This document shows positions 49,932 through 61,000 of a DNA stretch of 64,000 nt, piece after piece (position 1 is the first letter of the stretch; each line of letters starts with the position of its first letter). The notes under the pieces are model-generated. The model was not told where the DNA came from. It was given only the letters and a program-made list of their open reading frames with translations, and searched no databases. A program made the translations under genes and the position numbers. The stretch is from positions 768,001-832,000 of the forward strand of contig CAWCKH010000004.1 in NCBI GenBank assembly GCA_963796055.1. Reading direction: 5' to 3'. The stretch comes from an uncultured delta proteobacterium. GTDB lineage: Bacteria > Myxococcota > Myxococcia > Myxococcales > Myxococcaceae.

Positions 49932-52139
49932 ATGCGTCCGCTCCAACGGCTGCTCCCTCGCGATCCCCGCCTGCTGCAGATCGCGTTCCTGGCCAGCTTC
50001 CTGGTGCTCGGGGTGGCCTTCCTCGGGCTGCAGCTCGAGCCCTGGATGCCGCCGTTGCTGCTGGCCTCCACCTGTGCCGTCCAGTGGACCTGCGAGCGGG
50101 TGCTGCGGCTGCCCTCGAGCGGGTTCCGCTCTCCGCTCATCACCGGGCTGGGCCTGTCCCTGCTGCTCCGGACCGACGCGTTCTGGGTGCCGCCGCTCGC
50201 CGCGGCCATCGGCATCGGGGCCAAGTACCTGGTCCGGGTGCGCGGCAAGCACGTCTTCAATCCCGGGATGCTCGGGCTGACCAGCTGCATCCTCCTCACC
50301 GGCCACGCCTGGTGCTCGCCGAGCCAGTGGGGCGAGGGCATGGCGCTGCTGGCCTGGTTCTCGGTGCTGGGCCTGGCGGTGGTCTCCCGGAGCTTCCGCA
50401 CCGACGTGAGCCTGGCGTTCCTGTGCAGCTGGGTGCTGTTGAAGCTGGGGCGGGTGCTGTGGCTCGGGCAGCGGCCGGCGGTGCTCGGCCACCAGCTGCT
50501 GGTGGGGAGCCTCATCCTCTTCACCTTCTTCATGATCTCCGACCCGAAGACCACGCCTGACCGCCAGTCGGCGCGCATCGGCTGGGGCGTGGCGGTGGCG
50601 GTGCTGGCCTTCGTGCTGCAGCACCAGGCCTGGGTGATGAACGCGCCGGTCTGGGCGCTGTTGCTCCTCTCGCCACTGGTGCCGCTGCTCGACCGGCTCT
50701 TCCCCGCTTCCCGCTTCACCTGGCCCTCCGGCCAGTCCTCACCACAAGGAGTCCTCGCCGTGCCTGCCCCCGCCCTCCGTCGTGTCGCCCCGTTGCTCGT
50801 CCTGCCGCTGCTGTTGCTCCTGCACCCCGCGCCCGCCTGGGCGTTTTGTGGATTTTACGTGGGCAAGGCCGACACCCAGCTGTTCAACGACTCGTCCCAG
50901 GTGGCGCTGGTGCGCGATGGTGACCGCACCGTGCTCACCATGAGCAACGACTACCGCGGGCCGCTCACCGAGTTCGCGCTGGTGGTCCCGGTCCCCACGG
51001 TGCTGGAGCGCGAGCAGATCCACGTGGGCGACCGCAAGCTGCTCGAGCACCTCGACGCGTACTCCGCGCCGCGTCTGGTCGAGTACTTCGACCCCGACCC
51101 CTGCATGCGCTACTACCCGATGTCGAAGGCTGCAGGTGCCCCGGCGATGGACATGGCACAGCGCTCGAACTTCGAGAGGAAGAAGGACGAGGCGCTGGGG
51201 GTCAAGGTCGAGGCCCAGTACAGCGTGGGCGAGTACGACATCCTCATCCTCGGGGCGAAGCAGTCCGAGGGGCTCGAGACCTGGCTCCGGGAGAACGGCT
51301 ACCGCATCCCGGCGAAGGCCGCCGCCGCGCTCCAGCCGTACATCCGCCAGGACATGAAGTTCTTCGTGGCCAAGGTGAACCTCGAGGCGCAGCGCAACAG
51401 CGGGGTGCAGTACCTCCGCCCGCTGCAGATCGCCTACGAGTCGAAGAAGTTCATGCTCCCCATCCGGCTGGGGATGGCCAACGCCGCCGGGCCGCAGGAC
51501 CTCATCGTGTACGCGCTGACGCGCCGCGGCCGGGTGGAGTCGACCAACTACCGCACCACCCGCATCCCCTCCGACGTGAACATCCCGCTGTTCGTGAAGA
51601 GCGACTTCGGCAAGTTCTATCAGGACGCCTTCGCCCGCTCGGTGGACAAGGAGGACCGCCGGGCGGTCTTCACCGAGTACGTCTGGGACATGGGCTGGTG
51701 CGACCCGTGCGCCGCGCAGCCGCTGAGCCGCCAGGAGCTGCGGCAGCTGGGCGTCTTCTGGCTGGACGACGGCCAGTCCGACTCACTCGGGCCGGCGTTC
51801 CGCCGCGGACCGGTGGGCGGGCCGGTGAATGTCCTCCTCACCCGTCTCCACGTCCGCTACGACGGGGCGCACTTCCCCGAAGATCTCGTGTTCCAGGAGA
51901 CGTCCGACCGGAGCAACTTCCAGGGCCGCTACATCCTCCAGCACCCCTTCCAGGGGGCCTCGGAGTGCAGCGCCATGGACGACTACCGTGAGCGGCTGCG
52001 CGAGAGGCGGAGCAAGGAGGCCGAGACCCTGGCCTCGCTCACCGGCTGGTCGATGCAGGACATCAAGAAGAAGATGGGCCACGACGGCTCGGACGTGAAG
52101 AACCCCCGCCCGTGGTACCGCCGCCTCTGGGCCGAGTAG
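49932..52139 (+). CDS. In-frame fusion ORF: RnfD/NqrB-like membrane domain plus a DUF2330 exported protein (the latter probably with its own GTG start at 50760)
   Basis: N-half has DPR, KHVFNP and FFMISDPKTTP. AAGGAG at 50746-50751 precedes GTG 50760, a signal peptide and AFCGFYV...YSAPRLVEY...CDPC. Confidence 0.8.
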   Translation: MRPLQRLLPRDPRLLQIAFLASFLVLGVAFLGLQLEPWMPPLLLASTCAVQWTCERVLRLPSSGFRSPLITGLGLSLLLRTDAFWVPPLAAAIGIGAKYLVRVRGKHVFNPGMLGLTSCILLTGHAWCSPSQWGEGMALLAWFSVLGLAVVSRSFRTDVSLAFLCSWVLLKLGRVLWLGQRPAVLGHQLLVGSLILFTFFMISDPKTTPDRQSARIGWGVAVAVLAFVLQHQAWVMNAPVWALLLLSPLVPLLDRLFPASRFTWPSGQSSPQGVLAVPAPALRRVAPLLVLPLLLLLHPAPAWAFCGFYVGKADTQLFNDSSQVALVRDGDRTVLTMSNDYRGPLTEFALVVPVPTVLEREQIHVGDRKLLEHLDAYSAPRLVEYFDPDPCMRYYPMSKAAGAPAMDMAQRSNFERKKDEALGVKVEAQYSVGEYDILILGAKQSEGLETWLRENGYRIPAKAAAALQPYIRQDMKFFVAKVNLEAQRNSGVQYLRPLQIAYESKKFMLPIRLGMANAAGPQDLIVYALTRRGRVESTNYRTTRIPSDVNIPLFVKSDFGKFYQDAFARSVDKEDRRAVFTEYVWDMGWCDPCAAQPLSRQELRQLGVFWLDDGQSDSLGPAFRRGPVGGPVNVLLTRLHVRYDGAHFPEDLVFQETSDRSNFQGRYILQHPFQGASECSAMDDYRERLRERRSKEAETLASLTGWSMQDIKKKMGHDGSDVKNPRPWYRRLWAE

Positions 52140-52596
52140 CCGTCAGCCCATGGCGTAGCGACGCGCCGACGCAGCGTTCCATCTCCGAGGTGCCGCCGAG
52201 CGGGTCGACCGGCCGGAGCTCATACCTGGGACCTGCAGGCTCGAGTCGGTCGACCAGGACATCGAACGTGGGTGCTCGTCGCGTTCCCGAGCCGTGGTCG
52301 CAAGCCATCGGCAGCGGGTGAGTCGTGGCCCCGCGGCCGCAAGGTCGCATGACGCCGGCTGCCGGGCACGCCGAGGGCCGCACCCCTCAGCTAGGGAGCG
52401 CCCCCTGATCTTGGATCCGGGCGGTCGGCCGTTCGCGCCGCGGCTCAGCGGCTCGTGGGAGAGGCGGACGCGCTGGGGCTCCGGCACGGTGCTCTTCCCG
52501 GCGGCCTGCGCGACCCTCGGCGCTCCGGCGTGTCGCGGGTGGTTCCGGCGTGCGGCGAGTGGCTCGGGCGGTCGTGGCTGGTTCCCACATGCAAGC

Positions 52597-52754
52597 CGGA
52601 ACCTTTTTCGGACGGTCGCCGGCGGAGGGGGGGTCGCCATGTCGTCCAAGGCGTCCGATTCGGGTTCCCAAGTTGCACGAGAGAGCCCATCCGCGACCTG
52701 TTTCCTGGCGGAGCGTGACCCCCCTGCCCGGGAGACCGTCCGAAAAAGGTTCCG
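52597..52754. repeat. Non-coding element bounded by a perfect 21-bp inverted repeat
   Basis: cggaacctttttcggacggtc (52597-52617) and gaccgtccgaaaaaggttccg (52734-52754). The arms extend imperfectly inward (ggggggtc / gacccccc). Confidence 0.85.
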
Positions 52755-53022
52755 ATGTGAAACTTGGGGACCCGCGCGTCCCCGAAAAGGTTCCAATTCA
52801 ATCCCGAGCCGGACGCTCCCCGACAACCCGCCAACCTGACGAGGTCGAGGCCAGGGCCGGAGTGACCGAGCGGCCCGGTCCTGTCCTGACCGGCTCCCGT
52901 CCAGAGCCAGGGCACCGCATCCGGGTCGGCGCGAAGGGTGAGCCCGCCCTAGCCTCGTCACGCGAGCCTAGCCGGCTCGAGCTCACACGGCTGGCTCGCC
53001 GCCGCAGGGTGGCCCCGGCGTC

Positions 53023-53391
53023 TCAGGCCACCGCGCCGTGGGCGTGCCGCTCGACGAGGCTGTACAGGTACCCGGGGACCGCTGGCCGGCGGACGTGCTC
53101 CACCACCGTGTCGTCGGTGAGCCCGTCCTCCTGCGCGTCGTGCAGCAGGAGCAGCTGCACGTCCAGGTCGCCGCGGGCGCGGAGCGCGTCCATCACCCGG
53201 GCTCGGGAGCGACGGGCGAAGTCGAGCACCACGAAGAGCCGGGTCCGGGTGGGGAGCAGAGCGAGGATCTCCAGCGCCTCGTGCGCGGTCGACGCGAGAT
53301 GGAAGGGAACGTCGTCCCAGTCCAGACGCTCCGCGAGCTCCTGGCGCGTCTCGGCGTTTTCGGATGCCACCAGCACCACGTCTTGCTTCAC
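53023..53391 (-). CDS. Degenerate receiver-like domain protein
   Basis: VVLVASEN...ASTAHEALEIL...VVLDF...RRP follows the REC fold but lacks the canonical acidic pair and Lys. GTG start 53391. Confidence 0.55.
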   Translation of the reverse strand: MKQDVVLVASENAETRQELAERLDWDDVPFHLASTAHEALEILALLPTRTRLFVVLDFARRSRARVMDALRARGDLDVQLLLLHDAQEDGLTDDTVVEHVRRPAVPGYLYSLVERHAHGAVA

Positions 53392-53657
53392 CGGCTCACC
53401 CCCAATGCGTTGCAAACCGAGAAAAGCGGTGCGGGTCGTACCATGTGCTGCTCCCGGCGCTCCACACCCAAAGTGCACGGCGTTCGTCGGTCAGGGACCG
53501 CGCATCCCCGCGATTCGCCATGGTGGTCGCGGCCGACCCTCGGGTCGACTCCGCCGCCAGCGGAAACGAGGACACAAAGAGCCACCGGTCCCTCCCGGAG
53601 CGCCCAGGCGACGACCCCGCGCCCGACACCACGGACGCGCCCGGGAGCGCTCCGGAT

Positions 53658-54230
53658 CTACAGAACCCCGCTGAGGAGCACGCGGTGGATGCAGCTCGGA
53701 TCCTGCTCGCCGAGGCTCCACAGCGCCATGGTGGTCATCCGGAACGTGGGCGAGGGCACCAGAGCACGGGCGCCGGCGGCGACCTCGAGCTCGGCCTCGG
53801 GCGGCACCCGGCCGATCACCGCGTGCGGCGTGGCCTGGTAGACGTCGGGCGCGAGCTTGAGCCCGAACTCGACCAGCCGATCCTGAAGGATGAGCAGCGA
53901 GGTCGCCATCTCGTCGTCCGGCGCGAGGTAGACGTAGCGGGTCTGGGGGAAGCGGCGGAGGCCGACGAAGCGGCCGATGATCGGCCCGGTCTCCTCGCCC
54001 ACTGCATCGAGCACCCGACGCACCTCGGCGAGGTCCTGAGGCGGGAGCGGGCCCACCGAGCCGATGCCCACCGGGACCTTCTGGCTGGTCCGGCTGACGA
54101 TGCGCCGGACGGCGAGCACCTCGCTGCGCACCGGCTCGGGCACCTCGATGACCACCCAGAGCTCGGGCGCACGCGCGGCGCGAAGTGGCACGGGCCGTGG
54201 CTCGGGGCCGGGGCGATGATCCTCTCCCAT
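53658..54230 (-). CDS. 2H-phosphoesterase (LigT-like) fold protein with degenerate catalytic motifs
   Basis: RFPQTRYVYLAP...LQDRL...PHAVIGR. The second HxT-like motif is altered and the first has no His. Confidence 0.55.
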   Translation of the reverse strand: MGEDHRPGPEPRPVPLRAARAPELWVVIEVPEPVRSEVLAVRRIVSRTSQKVPVGIGSVGPLPPQDLAEVRRVLDAVGEETGPIIGRFVGLRRFPQTRYVYLAPDDEMATSLLILQDRLVEFGLKLAPDVYQATPHAVIGRVPPEAELEVAAGARALVPSPTFRMTTMALWSLGEQDPSCIHRVLLSGVL

Positions 54231-54382
54231 CAGCGGCTCCGGACCGGGCGAGGGGGGAGCGCCGGGTGGCCGCGGGGCGCGCGCAGGCGGTGAACGCGGA
54301 CCTCGGAATGGGGAACCGTGACGCCTCTCCTCGTCGAGCGAGGTACCACGGGGGGGTGACGCCGTCGGGACCCGGTCCGCGG

Positions 54383-54960
54383 TCAGTCGACGCGCTTCCA
54401 GACCAGGTCCCAGGACTCCCGCCGCTCGACGAATCCGATGACGCGGCCCGCTGCATCGCGCTGGAAGAAGCGGCGCGTCCGGGGTTCGCCGGGCACGAAG
54501 AACACGTCGGGCGACTCGAGACGGAGCGGCTTGACGGGCCGTCCGGGCGTTCCGCCGGTGAGACCCTCCGCCTCGCAGCGGACGACGTAGGTGAGGTCGA
54601 TCCGGTACCGCGAATGAATCAGGGCGCCGTGAAACGTCTCGTCCTCCTCGGCGACGTAGGTGGTGACCGCGGTGTCGCCGAGCACGGTCACCTCGAACCG
54701 GGTGGGATGGAGCGAGCCGCTCACCCCCGGCGGGAGAGGACGCACGCTCTGCAGCATCGCCTTCCTGTCCAGCACCTCGCCCTGCTCGTCCACGATGCGG
54801 GCCCGGTCATCGAGCTCCTGCTCCCACCCGGAGCGATCGCCCCGGGTGATGGCGTCGAGCAGCCGCTCGGTCTTGCCGCGGAGGAGCGCGGCCACGTCCG
54901 CGGTCGGAGCCCCTGCGCCGCCGAGGACCAGGGCCAGCGGGGCAGCAAGCAGCGCCAGGC

Positions 54961-54964
<4 letters not shown>
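54383..54964 (-). CDS. Exported NTF2-like (DUF4440) protein with a C-terminal beta domain, apparently internally deleted
   Basis: GTG 54964 and a signal peptide. NTF2-like LLDAITRGDR..W...DEQG..LDRKAML...GDTAV. C-terminal DVFFVPGEPRTRRFFQRD. Confidence 0.65.
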
Positions 54965-56213
<1,249 letters not shown>

Positions 56214-56220
<7 letters not shown>

Positions 56221-57287
56221 TGAGGAGAGGATCGCGTCCGGAACGCCATCACCGCAAGTGGTGGGCCACCGGGCTCAGGCGGCGGTCTGCAGGGGGACGT
56301 GGCCGCTTCGCCCACCTCACCCGACCTCGGGGTGGCGGTACAGAAATCCGACAGATCCGGCGGCAGCGGGGACGCGAAGCGGAGGCGGGCGCCGGTGGCC
56401 GGGTGCGGAAAATCGAGCCGGGCGGCGTGGAGGGCATGCCGGGGCAGGCGCAGGCGAGCCCAGGCCTCGGGTTCGAGGCACCGCCTGCTGAAGCGGTCGA
56501 AGTAGCCCGGGTCCGGGCCGTAGATCTTGTCCCCCACCAGCGGAAAGCCGGCCTCGCGGGCGTGGATGCGAATCTGGTGCTGCCGCCCGGTCTCGGGAAA
56601 GCAGCGCAGGAGCGCGAACCGGGCGCCGTCGCGGACGAATCGGCGCTCGACCACGAAGCGGGTACGAGCGGGCTTTCCGGCCCGGACGTCGATGCGGACC
56701 GCGATGCGCACCTCCGGGGTGCCCTCGGCGATCGGGGCATCGACCGCGAAGCCGTCGGGCGGGTGGCCCTCCACCACCGCCAGGTACTCCTTGTGGACGT
56801 CGCCGGACTGGAAGGCGCGCATCAGGGCCCGCGAGGCCGCGGCGCCGCGGCCGCAGACCAGCAGCCCGGACGTCTCGCGGTCGAGCCGGTGCGCCGGGTC
56901 TGCCCGGAGCGCGGGCCCGTGCTTGCGCGCGAGCAACTTCACCAGCGTGTTGTGGTGGTAGCGGGCGGTGGGGTGGATCGGCAGCCCCGCAGGCTTCTCC
57001 AGCACCAGGAGGCTGTCGTCGAGGTACCGCTCGACGATCTCCTCGGGCACGTCGGGCTCGGCCTGCGCCCGCCGCCGGAGGGTGAAGGTGAGCCCGGCGT
57101 GCACCCGGGTGCTCGGCTTCAGCGGCCGATCCGCCACCAGGCTTCGCTCGAGGATGCGCTGGACCCGGGTGCGCGAGAGGCGGCGGATCTTCTCGCAGAG
57201 GTACCGGTCCAGCCGCCAGCCGGCGTAGTTGGGCTCGACGGTGAAGGTCACGTCGACGAAGCCGGGCTCCGGAGAAGGGCCGTGCAT
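56214..57287 (-). CDS. RluA-family pseudouridine synthase with an S4-like N-terminus
   Basis: RLDRYL, KPAGLPIHP, HRLDRETSG (catalytic Asp), TGRQHQIRIH, PLVGDKIYG, ALHA. Start ATG 57287. Confidence 0.93.
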
Positions 57288-57467
57288 GTCCTGAGCGGTC
57301 CTGCTTAGCGGGCCACGGGGCTCGGGTTCAACCGGGGTGCACCGGAGGAGCTCTGTGCAGTGCCGCACGCACGCTGTGTCGCCCGTCGAACCCTGTCCAG
57401 TGTTGGGCCAATGGCCCCCGTCCAGGCGGACGTGGGCGCCGGGGGCGAGCTGCCTTACCTCGACCAC

Positions 57468-57822
57468 GTGACGGACGGCACGGACACGCGGAGGAATGGC
57501 AAGAAGACGGTGCTCCTCGTCGAGGACGACGCCGACGTCCGGGAGGCGGTGGAGCAGATCCTCGCCGACGAGGGCTTCGAGGTCATCGCCGCGCCCGATG
57601 GCGGCGTTCTGCACCATCATCCTCGACGTGCTGATGCCGGGGGTGGACGGGGCCGAGTTCCTCGCCCGGGCACGGGAGCGGCTCCGGACGATCCCGGTGC
57701 TGCTCTTCTCCGCCAGCCGCCTCCCGGGGCACCTCCGCGACGATCCACAGATCAAGGACCTCATCCCGAAGCCGGTGGAGGTGGAGGTGCTGCTGGAGAA
57801 GATCCGCGCCCACTGCGGCTGA
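57468..57822 (+). pseudogene. Single-domain response regulator broken by a deletion/frameshift near 57600
   Basis: KTVLLVEDDADVREAVEQILADEGFEVIAAPDG is in one frame and TIILDVLMPGVDG...LFSAS...PKP in another. The intervening EAL helix is missing. Confidence 0.75.
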
Positions 57823-57930
57823 GCGGCTCGGCGGGGATCCGCACCCGGAACAGCGCGCCACCGCCCGGCCCGTTCAGCGCGACGATGGAGCCGCCGTGGC
57901 GCTCGAGGATGGAGCGGCTGAGCCACCGGA
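57820..57930 (-). pseudogene. Orphan C-terminal fragment of a histidine kinase HATPase domain
   Basis: The minus strand reads WLSRSILERHGGSIVALNGPGGGALFRVRIP with no upstream kinase sequence. Confidence 0.65.
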
Positions 57931-57969
57931 TGGATAGGGCCCCGGAGCCGATCCGGGAACCCCACCACC

Positions 57970-58065
57970 GCGGCCGCCCTGACTACTCGACTGCGGCCGC
58001 CCTGACCTCGCCGACTATGGCGCCCGCGAGCCCCTGACCCGGACCCCGGCTGCGGCCGCCCTGAC
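57970..58065. repeat. Direct repeats of gcggccgccctgac (3 exact copies plus 1 degenerate)
   Basis: Exact copies at 57970-57983, 57993-58006 and 58052-58065. Degenerate gcgagcccctgac near 58026-58038. Confidence 0.8.
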
Positions 58066-61000
58066 CTAGCGGTGCAGCCAGTTCCGGAGCGTGGCCAGGA
58101 GCTGGTCGGTGTTGACCGGCTTGGCCAGGTAGTCCGAGGCGCCCGCGTCGAGGCACTTCTCCCGGTCGCCCTTCATCGCCTTGGCGGTGAGCGCGACGAT
58201 GGGCAGGCGGCGGAACGCCTGCTCGCGGCGGATGACCCCGATGGTCTGGAAGCCGTCCATCTCCGGCATCATGATGTCCATCAGCACCACCGCGACGTCG
58301 GGGGTGGATTCCAGCATCGAGATGGCCTCGCGGCCGGTCTGGGCGGTCAGCACGTCCATCCCGTGCCGCTCGAGCACGCTCCCCAGGGCGAAGATGTTCC
58401 GCACGTCGTCGTCCACCACCAGGACCTTTCGCCCGCGCAGGTCCTCGTCCGAGCGGTGCAGCTTCTCCAGCATCTTCTGCTTGTGGGGCGGAAGGTCCGA
58501 CACCACCCGGTGGAGGAAGATGGCGGTCTCGTCCAGGAGGCGCTCCGGCGACTCCACGCCCTTGAGCACCACGGTGCGGGCCAGCTCTTGCAGCTGCCGG
58601 TCCTCGTCCTGGGTCAGCTCGCGGCCGGTGAAGACCACCACCGGGAGGTCGGGCAAGGTGCCCCGGTCGCGGATCCGCGCCAGCACCTCGAACCCCGAGA
58701 TGTCGGGCAGCCGAAGGTCGAGCACCATGCAGTCCACCCGCTCCTGGTCGAGGATCTCCATCGCCCGCGCCCCGGTGCCGGCGGTGAGGATGTCGATGTC
58801 GTCGTGTTCCAGCAGCTCCTGGATGCTGGTGCGCTCCAGGTCGTTGTCCTCGACGATGAGCAGCCTCCGCCGCCGCGGGGTGGTGTACTCGCGCAACTTC
58901 TCGATGGCCGAGGCGAGCCCCTCGGTGGTGGCGGGCTTGGTGACGAAGGAGAAGGCCCCGCGCGACAGGCCGTGTTGCCGGTTCTCGTCCAGGGTCACCA
59001 TCTGCACCGGGATGTGACGGAGCGCCACGTCCTGCTTCATGTGGCTGAGCACCGTCCACCCCAGCATGTCGGGGAGGAACACGTCGAGCGAGACGGCGTG
59101 GGGCTTGAACTCCCGGGCGAGCTCCAGCGCCTCGGTTCCCCGGGAGGCGATCAGTACCTTGAACCCCTGGTCGCGGGCGAGGTCCGCCAGCACCCGGGCG
59201 TAATGCGGGTCGTCCTCCACCACCAGCAGGGTGAGGTCCCCCGGCTGGAGATCGGCCCGGTCGTCCGGCACCGGCTCCGGAGTGGAGGACTCGACCACCC
59301 GCACCGGCGAGGTCGCCCGCTCCACCAGTGCCGAGCGCGCCGGCTCGCGGAGCGAGCTGGACGGACCCACGTAACGGACCGGCAGGTAGAGAGTGAAGGT
59401 GCTGCCCATCCCCGGCGTGCTCCGCAGCTGGATCTCGCCGCCGAGGAGATTCGACAGCTCGCGGCTGATGGCCAGACCGAGCCCGGTCCCGCCGTACTTC
59501 CGCGCGGTGCCGGCGTCGGCCTGCTGGAAGGCCTCGAAGATGATCTTCTGCTTCTCGGGGGCGATGCCGATACCGGTGTCCGAGACCTCGAAGGCCACCA
59601 CCAGCGGCGACTGATCGAGCACCGGGTGCTCGCTGGACCAGCGGCCCTTCGCCGCGCTCACCTTGAGGTGCACCCCGCCGTGCTCGGTAAACTTGAAGGC
59701 GTTGGAGAGGAGGTTCTTAAGGACCTGCTGCAGGCGCTTCTGGTCGGTGAAGAGGCTGCGGCCCAGCTCCGGATCCAGCGAGACCTCGAAGGAGAGCCCG
59801 CGGGTCTCGGCGTCGTGGCGGAACGGCCGGGCCACGGTGTCGAGCAGGTTGCTGAAGTAGACGTCCGCCGGCTCCACCGTCACCGTACCGGACTCGATCT
59901 TCGACAGGTCGAGGATGTCGGAGATGAGGTTGAGGAGGTCGGTGCCGGCGCTGTGGATGGTCCGAGCGAAATCCACCTGCTTGGCGGTGAGGTTCTGCTC
60001 GGGGTTCTCCGCCAGCTGCTGGCCGAGGATGAGGATGGAGTTGAGCGGCGTCCGTAGCTCGTGCGACATGTTGGCCAGGAACTCGGACTTGTACTTGGAG
60101 GTGAGGGCCAGCTCCTCCGCCTTGTCCTCGAGGGCCCGGCGGGCCTGCTCGATCTGCTGGTTCTTCCGCTCCACCTCGGCGTTCTGGTCCGCCAGCTGCT
60201 GGGCCTTCTGCGCCAGCTGCTCGTTGGTCTGCTGCAGCTCCTTCTGCTGCGCCTGCAGCTCGGCAGCGAGCTTCTGCGACTGCTCGAGCAGCGACTCGGT
60301 CTTCATCGTCGCCTCGATGCTGTTGAGGACGATGCCGATCGAGGTGGTGAGCTGATCGAGGAAGGCCAGATGCGAGGCGGTGTACGGGCTGAGCGAGGCC
60401 AGCTCGATGACCGCCTTCACCTCGCCCTCGAACAAGACGGGCAGCACGATGACGTTCCTGGGCAGGGCGATGAACAGGCCCGAGCCGACCCGGGTGGTGT
60501 CCGGTGGCAGGTCGGTGATCAGCATTCGCCGCTTCTCCACCGCGCACTGGCCGACGAGGCCCTCGCCGAAGTGGAAGCTGCCGGGATGCCCTGCCTGCCC
60601 GTCGTCGGCATAGGAGGCCAGCAGGCGGAGCGAGGGGGTCTCGCCCACCTCCACGTCGGTGGTCCGGTAGATGACGCCCTGCTGGGCGGTGATCAGCGGC
60701 GCCAGCTCGGAGAGGAGCAGCTGGCCCACCCGGGTCAGGTCCCGCTGGCCCTGGAGCATGCCGGTGAACCGGGCGAGGTTGGACTTCAGCCAATCCTGCT
60801 CGGTGTTCCGCTCGGTGGTGAGCCGGAGGTTCACGATCATGGTGTTGATGTTGTCCTTCAGCTCGGCCACCTCCCCGCGGGCGTCGACCTGGACGGACCG
60901 GGTCAGGTCGCCCTTGGTGACCGCCGTCGCCACTTCGGCGATGGCACGCACCTGGGTGGTGAGGTTCGCCGCCAGGAGGTTCACGTTCCCGGTGAGGTGC

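Noticed and set aside
49932..50760. Rnf/Nqr respiratory complex
   Set aside because: Only one RnfD-like domain is present and no other subunits are in the window.
52063..52961. ORFs in the gap after DUF2330
   Set aside because: No motifs and non-coding-like composition. A short gene remnant near 52150-52310 cannot be excluded but is unsupported.
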